This document shows positions 29,777 to 39,469 of a DNA stretch of 64,000 nucleotides, piece by piece. The DNA is from Candidatus Thorarchaeota archaeon. Its GTDB lineage: Archaea > Asgardarchaeota > Thorarchaeia > Thorarchaeales > Thorarchaeaceae. The stretch's first letter is position 1. Each line of letters starts with the position of its first letter. The stretch covers positions 22,637 to 86,636 of the forward strand of contig SDNP01000010.1 in assembly GCA_004524445.1 (NCBI GenBank), given 5' to 3'. The position numbers and the translations under genes were made by a program. The notes beneath the pieces are model-generated. The model was not told the DNA's origin. It saw only the letters and a program-made list of their open reading frames with translations, and did no database searches.

Positions 29777-30234
29777 GTGTTTCTCCTCATTCTATGTATT
29801 AATTACGTCCACTAGTGACGGAAGCGAAACCTTGGTGAACCTGATAGATTGGACTCTGATAAGTATATTCTTGGAAAATATATTTCAAAAAGAAGAACGA
29901 CGACCCATCACCAGGGGCCGACAAGTGTACCCAGCTTTATTATCCGTTGATTGAAAAACCCTCAAATGCCATTGTGGGGCTCTCAACATTAGGTCAGGAT
30001 TATGACCCCGAAAGCCGGGCATTCGACATATAGAATGTTTCATCGACTCACTTCAATGCGTTCTTCATGGAGAAATCAGCATGTATTTTGTTAGCAAAAC
30101 GGGGAAACTGGTTTCTTTTCTACACTTTAGTTTCAGTACTTCAGGCTGTACAAAATCCTCTCTATATCCTCAGGTGAAACAAAGGGCGAACATGTTTTGG
30201 CTCGCCCATTATCTAGGAAAGTTACTGGTCATTT

Positions 30235-31005
30235 TTACCAATACCCAGGTAGGTCAAAGTGCTCATAGAACCTCAATTCTTCTTCTCTGGTGAACTCTCC
30301 ACCACGGTCAAATTTGGGTGCCTCTTCAAACTGCGCTCTCTTGACTCCTACGCGAATTTTTTGTTCTAGATAATCGATTGATTCAATCCAAATTGTTGGT
30401 ACAACATATTCAGTTCCTTCTTTCCAATTACCAACATCAGCAATCAGATACATCACATTCCAGTCAGCAGTATCCACGAGAAAGTCAGCAACGCGACCAA
30501 GCATCTCATCTTCTAGCTGAATAGAATAGCCGTGAACCTCAGAGGTGTTTCTGAGATGTCTTTCAGGTACTGGAGCCCTATGCTCTTCGCCTCGAGATTC
30601 ATCAGTAATTACATACTGGGTTGTAATAGAGTCAGGCATAGCTGTCCCTGGAACAGTAGAAGGCTCATCAGGGAGAATTCCGGGCCTAAATGTAGACCAT
30701 TCGTAATATCGATGCAAGTCCGCTAACTCTCTTTCGGAGATTGGTTTGCTCAGGTCCACGCTAGGTGCGTCTTCAATGCGGGACTTCCGCAAATCTGTGC
30801 GTATTACCTTTTCACCGATATTTGGGGTTCCTACAATTTCGGTTGATAGAAGAACATTGCGTCCAGTTAACCATTCCTCCGTATCTACTATCAAATAATC
30901 TACATGCCATTCTCGGTCATCAAATAGGAATGCCACTACATCTGCAGATTCGCCATCCCCCGTAATCAAAGTGCATTTTGCTATATCAGTTGCAAGCTCA
31001 AACAT
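30235..31005 (-). CDS. Tandem PRC-barrel domain protein
   Basis: Two repeats FLFDDREWHVDYLIVDT / FLVDTADWNVMYLIADV; HLRNTSEVHGY. Confidence 0.88.
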   Translation of the reverse strand: MFELATDIAKCTLITGDGESADVVAFLFDDREWHVDYLIVDTEEWLTGRNVLLSTEIVGTPNIGEKVIRTDLRKSRIEDAPSVDLSKPISERELADLHRYYEWSTFRPGILPDEPSTVPGTAMPDSITTQYVITDESRGEEHRAPVPERHLRNTSEVHGYSIQLEDEMLGRVADFLVDTADWNVMYLIADVGNWKEGTEYVVPTIWIESIDYLEQKIRVGVKRAQFEEAPKFDRGGEFTREEELRFYEHFDLPGYW

Positions 31006-31026
31006 CCATTCTTAGCTCCGTTGTAC

Positions 31027-31039
31027 TATCTATAGTTAA
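31027..31039. promoter_or_regulatory. Putative operator TA(T/A)CTATAGTTAA, copy 1
   Basis: Identical 13-mer at 47029-47041 and a 12/13 match at 56850-56862; all lie between a TATA-like box and a start codon. Confidence 0.35.
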
Positions 31040-31098
31040 CTCGGCGATACTAATAACTCACATGGATTGGGAAAAATGAAGCCAGACCCAAGAGGAGT

Positions 31099-31656
31099 CT
31101 ATTTCCGCTGAGTGGCAAGTCTTCTAGGAGGATAATCTGCATAGAGCTCCTTAGCTATCCTCATGAATACTTGCTCAATATTCTCTCCAGTCTTCGCGCT
31201 GCATTCAAAGAACGGCCATTTTAGTTCTTCAGCATATTTTCGTCCCTTTGATGAAGGTATCTCACGCCTATTGGATAGGTCCTTCTTATTTGCAAGAACA
31301 AGTCCAGGGATTTCTGTCTTCTTCTGTGGTTCTATGCTACTCATGAGACCATCATGCCAGGATTCCAAGCATTCAAATGAATATCGATCTGCCAGATCAT
31401 ATACAAGAAGGGCATAGTGGGCGCCTTTGTAGTACTGAGTTCTAAGAGCCGAGAAGTCCTCCTGTCCTCCGAGATCAATAAGGGTTAGAATCACGGGTGT
31501 GATAGGATCTATGTTCAAAGGGACTGCACTAAGGTCGACACCTACTGTGGCGTGATATTGCTCATCGAACTCTCCCAAAAGGAGTCTCCTGATAATCGAT
31601 GACTTGCCAACATTAGGTTCTCCAATCAGAAGGATTTTGTAAGTAGCAACCGTCAA
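31099..31656 (-). CDS. Rab-like small GTPase
   Basis: GEPNVGKSS, TVGVD, DLGGQE, NKKD, ECSAK; no C-terminal prenylation cysteine. Confidence 0.93.
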   Translation of the reverse strand: MTVATYKILLIGEPNVGKSSIIRRLLLGEFDEQYHATVGVDLSAVPLNIDPITPVILTLIDLGGQEDFSALRTQYYKGAHYALLVYDLADRYSFECLESWHDGLMSSIEPQKKTEIPGLVLANKKDLSNRREIPSSKGRKYAEELKWPFFECSAKTGENIEQVFMRIAKELYADYPPRRLATQRK

Positions 31657-31696
31657 CCTATTGGCCCCTTTGAATATTATAGCACCTCTGTCTTAT

Positions 31697-33247
31697 TTAT
31701 TCATCGAGATATGATAGTGAAACGTATGAAGGCATTGAATCTGATGTGTAAACAGACTGCACAATAGGTTCATCGAGTTCTGGAAGCGCAAACTTGGGAA
31801 AGTTTGACCATGAAATATGTAGCCCCAGCCTTTCATCTTTCTTTATCTCCATTCCAGTTGCTAGAAGGTCAATAGTAATCGGAGCTGGATTCTTCTTAGA
31901 TGGCCCAACAACAGCAATACCGTCTTGGATTATGCGTTCCTTCTCTTCCGTAATCAATGTCAATTTGGCGGTGAAATGCATGCCATCAAACGGAGTAGTT
32001 ACCCAAAGATCCGCATGGATTGGCCCTAGAAGGGCTCTTGATTTCTGCAACGGAGGAGAAACGAAACGAATGATATCCGACCTAGCACTCAACGAGGATT
32101 GGTCAGCGGGTCCTGGTTCGAGATGAGGGGGAAACTCCCACACGGAACCACCTATCGTAGGAACAGGATCACTTGGCTGAACCGGAATACCAAATTCCAT
32201 TTCCTCTTCAGGTGGTTTCTCTAGCAACTCATAATCGCAGCCCAGGTATAGCCTTTCTTCAACAGTATCAGTCGGTGGCCATTCATCTAATTCGATCCAT
32301 TCATCCGACCGGAGGATATAGACCCGAATGAGTTGCTCTGATTTGGACTTTGTTCTCTCTATCAAATCTAAGAAGTCTTTCATTGCCTGACCTCTACCTC
32401 TTTCGCCCAAGTCGAAGTCACCCACGCCTGAGAGGCTCTGGAGATAGCCATTGTGCCCCCAACCGCCAATTATAAGATCAGGCTTAATGCCGCCAGCAGC
32501 CATTAGATCCTCATAACTGGTTAGAGTACCACCCAGTAGAAAGTCATACCATCCGCCTACAAGGCAAGCTCTTGACTGAAGTGGTTTTTTGAATTCAATC
32601 CGAGACTCTTTCCAGCTCCTATCGTTTAGTGGAGTAAGAAACATATCCCAAACATGCTGAGGCCACCCGAGCTGCTTTACTTTATTTTCTAGAGGTCCGC
32701 GATATGCCTCAGGCCATTCTCCATCAATCAGCTTGAGAGATGCTTGTACGCGGGTGGAGGTCATAATAGCCCATGGTAATGCCCAATGTAGCTGTAAGAC
32801 GCCATCGCGATACACCATGCCATCATCAGGCCGAGTGAATGTCATCGGTGCGAAGACAGCATCAATGCAATCACATTCATCGTCCAGTACCTGAAGACCA
32901 GCATATCCAAGGTATGACGGACCAAAGACGATAATCCTTCCATTAGACCATGATTGTTTTTTAATCCACTCAAAGGTATCAAATGAATCCTTCCGTTCCC
33001 TCAGAGGAATGAATCGCTTACCCTGAGAATCATATCTTCCGCGAGTATCCTGGATGACGAAAGCCAATTGGTTCTGGTCCAATAGGGCGTTGGCTAGACT
33101 GACGAAGTTCTTAGCACTATACGGAGTTCTCATGAGCACTGTAGTAAACGTACCAGTTGCCTCTGGAAGAATTACGATTGATGAGAGCTTAACACTGTCT
33201 CTCATGGGTACGGGGGAATGGAAGTCATAGTGTGGCATAGCTATCAC
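31697..33247 (-). CDS. CocE/NonD family hydrolase (peptidase S15-like)
   Basis: MRDSVKL, RTPY, QDTRGRYDSQG, GPSYLG, GGWYD, IGGWGH. Confidence 0.9.
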   Translation of the reverse strand: MIAMPHYDFHSPVPMRDSVKLSSIVILPEATGTFTTVLMRTPYSAKNFVSLANALLDQNQLAFVIQDTRGRYDSQGKRFIPLRERKDSFDTFEWIKKQSWSNGRIIVFGPSYLGYAGLQVLDDECDCIDAVFAPMTFTRPDDGMVYRDGVLQLHWALPWAIMTSTRVQASLKLIDGEWPEAYRGPLENKVKQLGWPQHVWDMFLTPLNDRSWKESRIEFKKPLQSRACLVGGWYDFLLGGTLTSYEDLMAAGGIKPDLIIGGWGHNGYLQSLSGVGDFDLGERGRGQAMKDFLDLIERTKSKSEQLIRVYILRSDEWIELDEWPPTDTVEERLYLGCDYELLEKPPEEEMEFGIPVQPSDPVPTIGGSVWEFPPHLEPGPADQSSLSARSDIIRFVSPPLQKSRALLGPIHADLWVTTPFDGMHFTAKLTLITEEKERIIQDGIAVVGPSKKNPAPITIDLLATGMEIKKDERLGLHISWSNFPKFALPELDEPIVQSVYTSDSMPSYVSLSYLDE

Positions 33248-33350
33248 TCTGCACGGGATAGGTTGGTCGTCATCCTAAAATATCCGATGGAACAAGCTAC
33301 AAAAGCAGACATGAGAAGGCAATTGTTGTATATATGGAGGATTAAGCAAC

Positions 33351-34232
33351 TTGCTGCAGTACGAAGGATCCATCTGGCGGCCCCCAAGTGAAGCTAGAAG
33401 TCTAATCCTGCAGGCAACAGTAGGTTGTTCACATAATGCCTGCATTTATTGTGTTTCATACAAACAGAAGAAGTTCCGTGTAAGAGGGGCAGAGGGGATA
33501 AGGCATGATCTCCAGCAGCTTTCATCCGGTCAGAAATCGCGAGTGAAACGTGTATTCTTAGCAGATGGCAATGCTCTCGCAATGACTACAGATGAGATGG
33601 CTGACACACTAGATGTACTAAGTGACGAGCTTCCCCGTCTTCAGCGTGTCGGGACCTATGCTTATGCCAGAGATGTTGATAGTAAGAGCATTAGTGAGCT
33701 GAAACAACTCCATAAGAAAGGTCTTGGAATCGTCTATCTAGGATTAGAGACCGGTGATGATGATCTATTAAGCTGGGTCAGAAAAGGAGTCTCCTCGAGA
33801 GAGAATGCTGAGGCATGTAAAAAGATTCGAAAGGCATGCATACCTCTTTCACTCACAATCATATTGGGATTAGGTGGAAAAGAGCATTCAGAAAGACACG
33901 CGAAAGCAACGGCTGCAGCACTGAATGAGATTGACCCCGAATATGTTGGGGCGTTGACATTGATGACACCCCCAGGTACAGCAATCCATGAGATGGTTAA
34001 GCGAGGAGAATTTAGGACCATGTCATCACTTGAAATACTTAGAGAACTAAGGACTATCGTGGCGGACCTGGAATTGACCAGCTGTATCTTCCGGACAAAT
34101 CACGCATCAAATTACCTACCGGTTAGAGGAACGCTAAATCGCGATAAAGAACGCGTGCTGGACACGATAGATAAGGTGCTTGAAAAGGGGGATTTGAGCA
34201 GCCTCCGGTCCTCATATCTGAGAGGCCTCTAG
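33351..34232 (+). CDS. Radical SAM protein
   Basis: RPPSEA..LQATVGCSHNACIYC, FLADGNAL, YLGLETG, NHASNY. Confidence 0.9.
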   Translation: MLQYEGSIWRPPSEARSLILQATVGCSHNACIYCVSYKQKKFRVRGAEGIRHDLQQLSSGQKSRVKRVFLADGNALAMTTDEMADTLDVLSDELPRLQRVGTYAYARDVDSKSISELKQLHKKGLGIVYLGLETGDDDLLSWVRKGVSSRENAEACKKIRKACIPLSLTIILGLGGKEHSERHAKATAAALNEIDPEYVGALTLMTPPGTAIHEMVKRGEFRTMSSLEILRELRTIVADLELTSCIFRTNHASNYLPVRGTLNRDKERVLDTIDKVLEKGDLSSLRSSYLRGL

Positions 34233-34254
34233 GAATTCAATGCACGTCGTTGCA

Positions 34255-35094
34255 TTAGGGAATGAAGACACCACTCATAGGTGTGACTTCCAGCCCCTTC
34301 TCCTCTAATGCTTTCACGAAGGGGGCAATTCCAACGGAATCAGAAGAGATATGACCTGTAGCAACAAGATTTCCACTTAGCTCCTCTTGCGATAGTTCCT
34401 TCTTATCAGATGTTCCAAGGTGCATATAGATGACTGTTGAATACCCGTGAGTGAAATACGCCTTCGCAACTCCTGCACCACCATTTGTGCCTCCGGCCAT
34501 GGCAACAACCCATTTTCCGAGTAGATTATCTTTGGACCCAACATACACCTTAGGCTCCGTCATGCCCTCTTGCAATTCGGGAAGTGTTTCCATTGCATCA
34601 ATGGCGTCTTGCACTTTCGGTTTTTCCAGTTCATCAGTTTCATTCCTAATTACATCGATGAATCTATTCCTGCAAACAATATCCAACGGCAAATGAATAT
34701 TCATAAAAGGTATCTCTAGAAGACGGGCTGCTGATGGTGTGCGATCATAGTTACCCACATGGGTGCCCACTCTGACAAGGTCCAGCCTAGGCTCAAGAGC
34801 TTTCTCTGCAATGTGAGGCGGAATATCAGCTTCAACCATCTGGTCAATCTGTCGCTTAACAACTTCTTCAAAATGAATTCTTGATTCTCCACCGGGCGGA
34901 TGATGAGCAATCACTAAATCATACCCCAACTCCTTTGCCAAGAGAAGCTCAGCAGTACCCATGTCTATTCCTATGAGGACACGTTCGATATCCTTGCCGG
35001 GAACATGAATTGCCGTGTCCCCGGGGACCTCATTCAAACCTGCTAAATCAAGTGCAATTTGCATTATTTCATCAGTATTCATATCGAATTCCAC
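34255..35094 (-). CDS. NIF3/NGG1p-interacting-factor-like metal-binding protein
   Basis: GID..ELLLA, IAHHP, NIHLPLD, AGGT, GHISSDSVG. Confidence 0.75.
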   Translation of the reverse strand: MEFDMNTDEIMQIALDLAGLNEVPGDTAIHVPGKDIERVLIGIDMGTAELLLAKELGYDLVIAHHPPGGESRIHFEEVVKRQIDQMVEADIPPHIAEKALEPRLDLVRVGTHVGNYDRTPSAARLLEIPFMNIHLPLDIVCRNRFIDVIRNETDELEKPKVQDAIDAMETLPELQEGMTEPKVYVGSKDNLLGKWVVAMAGGTNGGAGVAKAYFTHGYSTVIYMHLGTSDKKELSQEELSGNLVATGHISSDSVGIAPFVKALEEKGLEVTPMSGVFIP

Positions 35095-35290
35095 GAGTGC
35101 TGCAGAATCATTCTCCCATATAACACCTCAGGCGGATAACTTGGTATTTCTGTGTCCCCCAATGATTAGAATTCTTCGCTGCGTTGCAATCAGAATTCAG
35201 AAAAGCAACCTATTCTTTAACAAGAATACACCTGTAATTACTTAAATAGCAAAACACTCAATTCGAATCGACCATAAGGGTGGCTTTCCA

Positions 35291-35698
35291 ATGACTGACA
35301 AGATATACGTAATAAGCTGCAATCAAGAATTGGCTTCAATGGGCCTCGATAGAATGCGAACAAGCGTGCAGGGTCTCGATCCTGCTACGCTCGACATCGA
35401 CTGGAGCAACGCTCGATTGGTACCTATCGTCGCGGCAGAGAGAGTTGCCTTTGAAGAGGATGAAACAAAAATGGTTTCCATTCAACCGATTGATGTTCCA
35501 GCCAATTCAATAGTTCTTAATTCGTTCTATGGGTCAAATGGAATGGGTCATCTTACTTGCATTGGTTCCACAGAAATGAAGCCTGATTACGAAAAACGAA
35601 CCGCAACCATAGGAATGTTTAGGTCGCGAGTGAAAGCACCCGTCATGCAAAACGATCTCCTAGGTATGGCATTGATTGTAGAAGCTAAGAGAAAATAG
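35291..35698 (+). CDS. DUF22-like archaeal protein
   Basis: PIVAAE..E.K.VSIQPIDVP..GH..DLLG pattern. Confidence 0.6.
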   Translation: MTDKIYVISCNQELASMGLDRMRTSVQGLDPATLDIDWSNARLVPIVAAERVAFEEDETKMVSIQPIDVPANSIVLNSFYGSNGMGHLTCIGSTEMKPDYEKRTATIGMFRSRVKAPVMQNDLLGMALIVEAKRK

Positions 35699-35710
35699 GC
35701 TCCAACCAAA

Positions 35711-36019
35711 TCAAATTGATACTACTCGGTCGAATTTCTCCATTATCAAGTCAACTATTTCATCGTAACCCACCAGGGATACGTCACCCACGAGTCGGCT
35801 CTTGATTCCCCGTTCTTCTACATGATGTTGAGAAACAAACATTGGAACATCCAAATCAACAACCTTCGAGGAATGCTCACAACCTCTGTCAGCTAAGAAT
35901 ACACCATCTTGGACCAGCAAAAGAGAAATTTCATGTCCCTCTGACTTGAGTGCTTTTGCTATCTCTTCGACGCTTTTGCATTCACTTGATAACCAAAGCA
36001 GGAACTTCACATTTATCAC
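35711..36019 (-). CDS. dsrH: DsrH/TusB family sulfur-relay protein
   Basis: LLLVQDGV, ERGI, VGYDEIVDLI; third gene of a DsrEFH-like trio. Confidence 0.82.
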   Translation of the reverse strand: MINVKFLLWLSSECKSVEEIAKALKSEGHEISLLLVQDGVFLADRGCEHSSKVVDLDVPMFVSQHHVEERGIKSRLVGDVSLVGYDEIVDLIMEKFDRVVSI

Positions 36020-36021
36020 CC

Positions 36022-36372
36022 TCAGAATGTTACCACGATTTCATTCTCTGTGAACATCTTCCCAATCTCAGTGCTGTCCACTATTTCCAAATCTTCCTGA
36101 ATCTCGTCCGGCGATATCTTTCTCTCATCCAGAGAATCCTTGCTAACACATATTCGTCCTTCAAAGCTCTTGTAGACGGATTTGAACATTCTAATAGGCA
36201 TATCATCCATATCTTTCAATGCCGCATATACGCCATCACTCAGAAGTAGCATTGTTGGTTCATGATCCATTCCGAACATGCCTACGCTTGCTCGCCACCC
36301 TTCAAAATTCGTTACTGTTCCAAATGGTCTACTTCTGATCAAGAGCAATACTCTTCGTTCTGTGAACTCCAT
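36022..36372 (-). CDS. dsrF: DsrF/TusC family protein
   Basis: RPFGT..EGWR, LSDGVY, DSLDER. Confidence 0.78.
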   Translation of the reverse strand: MEFTERRVLLLIRSRPFGTVTNFEGWRASVGMFGMDHEPTMLLLSDGVYAALKDMDDMPIRMFKSVYKSFEGRICVSKDSLDERKISPDEIQEDLEIVDSTEIGKMFTENEIVVTF

Positions 36373-36384
36373 TGTACTAGCCTC

Positions 36385-36759
36385 CTACATTGTAAATGTC
36401 ACAAATCTTTCACATTCGCCAACTATCTCAGCCAGTTCAGTTAATCCAGTGACTTCAATTTCGGGGATAAAGTCAGATCCCTCTTGGTCAAAACCTCTCG
36501 CAGAAGTGCAAAGCCCACATGCTTGAAATTCTGCGCCTAATTCTGCAAGCTCTTTAAATTTCTGCTCCATTGGTCTATCAGGGTCAGGTTCCTGTCCAAG
36601 TATCGCATTATTTACGCCATCAATGAACAGGAATACCTTCACACAATATCCCTTCTCCAAGGTAGCCTTCGCAAGATCAAAAAACGTGTGGCTATTCTCA
36701 TAGGTATATGGACCAGTAAGCAAGAGGATGCCTAAGCATTTCTTTTCCAAGGGTATCAA
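36385..36759 (-). CDS. dsrE: DsrE/TusD family sulfurtransferase
   Basis: GPYT, VFLFIDGV, ACGLCTSARG (persulfide Cys region), GLTELA..ERFVTF. Confidence 0.85.
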   Translation of the reverse strand: MIPLEKKCLGILLLTGPYTYENSHTFFDLAKATLEKGYCVKVFLFIDGVNNAILGQEPDPDRPMEQKFKELAELGAEFQACGLCTSARGFDQEGSDFIPEIEVTGLTELAEIVGECERFVTFTM

Positions 36760-36936
36760 GCTCCAGATAGTAGATTTCCAAAGCTGGGTTGCTGTTTAAA
36801 AATCCAACTGAAAGGACTTTGATGCAAATTGAGAATTACAGAGAAAGTTAAAACATGCCCATCTTCATTCGCAACAAGATTGAATAGCATATGTGGCTGC
36901 AAATAGCAAAGAATCATAGATGTCGAGGACCTGTGA

Positions 36937-38004
36937 ATGGCAAGGATAAAGATTAGTTATACTGACAAGGATGGAAGGGAAAGAATATACGAGGTCAACG
37001 AAGGAGAAGTTTCCATTCCTCTAAGGCGGAAAAAAGTCGCAGATATAGATTTGACCCCTTTGGCAGGAATGACCGGAATTGTTTCACTGGATTTGGGCGC
37101 AAACTATCTAGATAGTGTAGATTTGACACCACTGGGTGAATGTCCTGATTTAGAGTCGATCAATCTCTTCAAAAACCCGTTAGGAACCCTTGATATCGAA
37201 CCGCTAAAAAGCTGCGAAAAGCTTCAGGAGCTGAATCTTGGTTCAACAGAACTCGCATCAATATCCCTAGACCCTCTGTCAGGAACAGATCTAAGAAGAA
37301 TCCGGTTATTCAACAATCAGATCTCCGAGATAGACTTGCGACCGCTTTCAGCTTGCCGCAATTTGGAGTCATTAGAACTGGAAAACAACCAACTCTCAGG
37401 GATAGACTTGGTCCCTCTCTCTAATTGCAAACACCTGAATCAACTCAATCTCATGTACAATGAGCTGACCACACTTGACCTTAGTCCTATTGCAGATTGT
37501 CAAGAAATGAAGTTTCTTTACCTCCACCATAATATGCTCTCCGAGATAGACCTCTCGCCAATGGAGAAATGGCATGATTTCAGAATCTTGAGGCTCGGTG
37601 GTAACGATCTGGAGTTTCTCGACCTGAGCCCATTATCAAATTGTCGCGAACTAAGACGGCTTGGCTTGGCAATGAACCGGATTTCAGAGCTCGATTTGCA
37701 GCCATTAGAAAATTGTCCCGAATTGCGTGCATTAGACGTGGCAGGAAATGACATAAAATCATTAGATTTGTCCCCCCTTGCAAAATGTGAGTCTCTAGAG
37801 GATTTCTATATCTATAGCGACCATCCTGACGAAAACGATATCAATGAACTGGATATCAGCCCACTTTTTACATGTGGTAGTCTGGAGGATTTAACTGTGT
37901 CCCCCCATACAGAGATTCATGCTAAAGGTAATCTAAAAAATTCGGATGATATTCCGTTTGCGATTGAAGACCTTATTGAAGAAAAGAGGATAAAATGGGA
38001 CTGA
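36937..38004 (+). CDS. Leucine-rich repeat protein
   Basis: About 12 regular 22-aa repeats xDLxPLxxCxxLxxLxLxxNxL. Confidence 0.92.
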   Translation: MARIKISYTDKDGRERIYEVNEGEVSIPLRRKKVADIDLTPLAGMTGIVSLDLGANYLDSVDLTPLGECPDLESINLFKNPLGTLDIEPLKSCEKLQELNLGSTELASISLDPLSGTDLRRIRLFNNQISEIDLRPLSACRNLESLELENNQLSGIDLVPLSNCKHLNQLNLMYNELTTLDLSPIADCQEMKFLYLHHNMLSEIDLSPMEKWHDFRILRLGGNDLEFLDLSPLSNCRELRRLGLAMNRISELDLQPLENCPELRALDVAGNDIKSLDLSPLAKCESLEDFYIYSDHPDENDINELDISPLFTCGSLEDLTVSPHTEIHAKGNLKNSDDIPFAIEDLIEEKRIKWD

Positions 38005-38113
38005 ATGATATTGTTTCGAAGTTAATCTAATAATCGGTGAAATTTTTATAGAATTAAGTAACTATTATACCAGCGCGCCTAACGTCAATAGTTGAATCGT
38101 TGGGTTTGATTAT

Positions 38114-38341
38114 ATGGATGCTAGACGAGAAGAAATCGAGCGGATGGCAAAAATCTACATGGAGTACCTGAATGGTCCAATTGGAAAGGGGGTCCTGGGT
38201 CGGCTTGAAGAGGGAGAAGAATTTTCGATAAAGACCCAAAGTGAGATAATGCGAGTAAAGAAGAAAGATGGAAAAGCTGTTGTTGAAGTTGAGCCAATGC
38301 CCTCAGACAATTTCAGCAAGAATAAGTATGAGCTGTTCTAG
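38114..38341 (+). CDS. Small hypothetical protein (75 aa)
   Basis: Protein-like charged composition; fills the intergenic gap. Confidence 0.65.
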   Translation: MDARREEIERMAKIYMEYLNGPIGKGVLGRLEEGEEFSIKTQSEIMRVKKKDGKAVVEVEPMPSDNFSKNKYELF

Positions 38342-38461
38342 CGAATCTTTGAATCGAAGCTGACCACTTCAAGACTATTTAAGGAAAAAAACACATGGCA
38401 ATAGGTTCTTATGAAGTAACTCACACCTCCGTCTAAATCATACCTACTAGGTGGTTGTAAA

Positions 38462-39106
38462 ATGGTAGTAGAGATGGATCAAGAAACACAAGCGCAGGTT
38501 AAGACCCTTTTTGCACCTCTTGATAGTGATGTCAAGATACACCTTTTTGTGAAGGAGCACGAGTGCCTGTATTGCGGCGACACGCGAACACTTGCCGAAA
38601 AAGTAGCAGAATTGTCTGATAAAGTTCAAGTCGCGGAACACCATGATGAGCCAGGAAAGGGTAAGGCTGGTGAATTTGGAGTTCAAAGAGTACCTGCTAT
38701 AGTTTTGGAGGGGAAGGAACCATACAAAGTCCGATTCTACGGAATTCCCGCAGGACATGAATTCGGAGCATTGATTGCCGGTATTATCGCGGTTTCGACT
38801 GCAGAGATTCCGTTGGACGGAGCCATCATTGAGGATATCAAAGACATTGATGAACCCGTTCATATTCAGGTCTTCACGACACCTCAATGCCCGTACTGCC
38901 CAGATATGGTGAAGTTAGCTCACTACGCTGCAATACTGAATCCGAACATAGAGTCGGACATGGTTGAGTCTCTAGAGTTCCAGGATGTTGCCAAGAAATA
39001 TGAGGTATTTGGTGTTCCAAAGACAATAATCAATGAGAATACCGCTATCGAAGGACTAGCATCGCCGGACCTCTTCGTAGATAAGCTATATGAAGCAATA
39101 GGATAG
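38462..39106 (+). CDS. Protein disulfide oxidoreductase (two thioredoxin folds, PDO/AhpF-N-like)
   Basis: CLYC and CPYC motifs, GIPAGHEF, GVPKTIIN. Confidence 0.92.
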   Translation: MVVEMDQETQAQVKTLFAPLDSDVKIHLFVKEHECLYCGDTRTLAEKVAELSDKVQVAEHHDEPGKGKAGEFGVQRVPAIVLEGKEPYKVRFYGIPAGHEFGALIAGIIAVSTAEIPLDGAIIEDIKDIDEPVHIQVFTTPQCPYCPDMVKLAHYAAILNPNIESDMVESLEFQDVAKKYEVFGVPKTIINENTAIEGLASPDLFVDKLYEAIG

Positions 39107-39133
39107 AGTATGACGCTCTACTGACGTGATATT

Positions 39134-39424
39134 ATGGTGCATTCCTCTGTTATTATTCTGAGACCAGCTCCATCGTATGGAAGTGGAGATTCAGACAAAA
39201 TAGTCTCAGACCACTTCAACTATCTCAAACAGCTGCATTCGGAAGGTCTAGTGAAGATGGCGGGTCGATTTTCAGACGTGTTGTTTGGTCTCGTCATACT
39301 TGAAACAGAAACGCTTGAGGAAGCCAGAGATATTATGAATAATGACCCCGCCGTCAAAGGAAGAGTTTTCCACGCGGAACTCTATTCCTGGAGTGTTGCA
39401 ATAGGAGAGTTCGAAAAGGGTTGA
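39134..39424 (+). CDS. YCII-related domain protein
   Basis: HFNYL, AGR, GLVI, DPAV. Confidence 0.82.
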   Translation: MVHSSVIILRPAPSYGSGDSDKIVSDHFNYLKQLHSEGLVKMAGRFSDVLFGLVILETETLEEARDIMNNDPAVKGRVFHAELYSWSVAIGEFEKG

Positions 39425-39469
39425 TTTTTTGACCTCCAAATCAACCTTAAAATGACATATCCAGCTAGA

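Noticed and set aside
30235-31005. CdpB-type cell-division PRC barrel
   Set aside because: It is a long two-barrel form with YLIVDT/HLR motifs, unlike the small single-barrel division proteins
36937-38004. CRISPR-like or tandem DNA repeat
   Set aside because: The 66-bp periodicity is degenerate and explained by the encoded leucine-rich repeats
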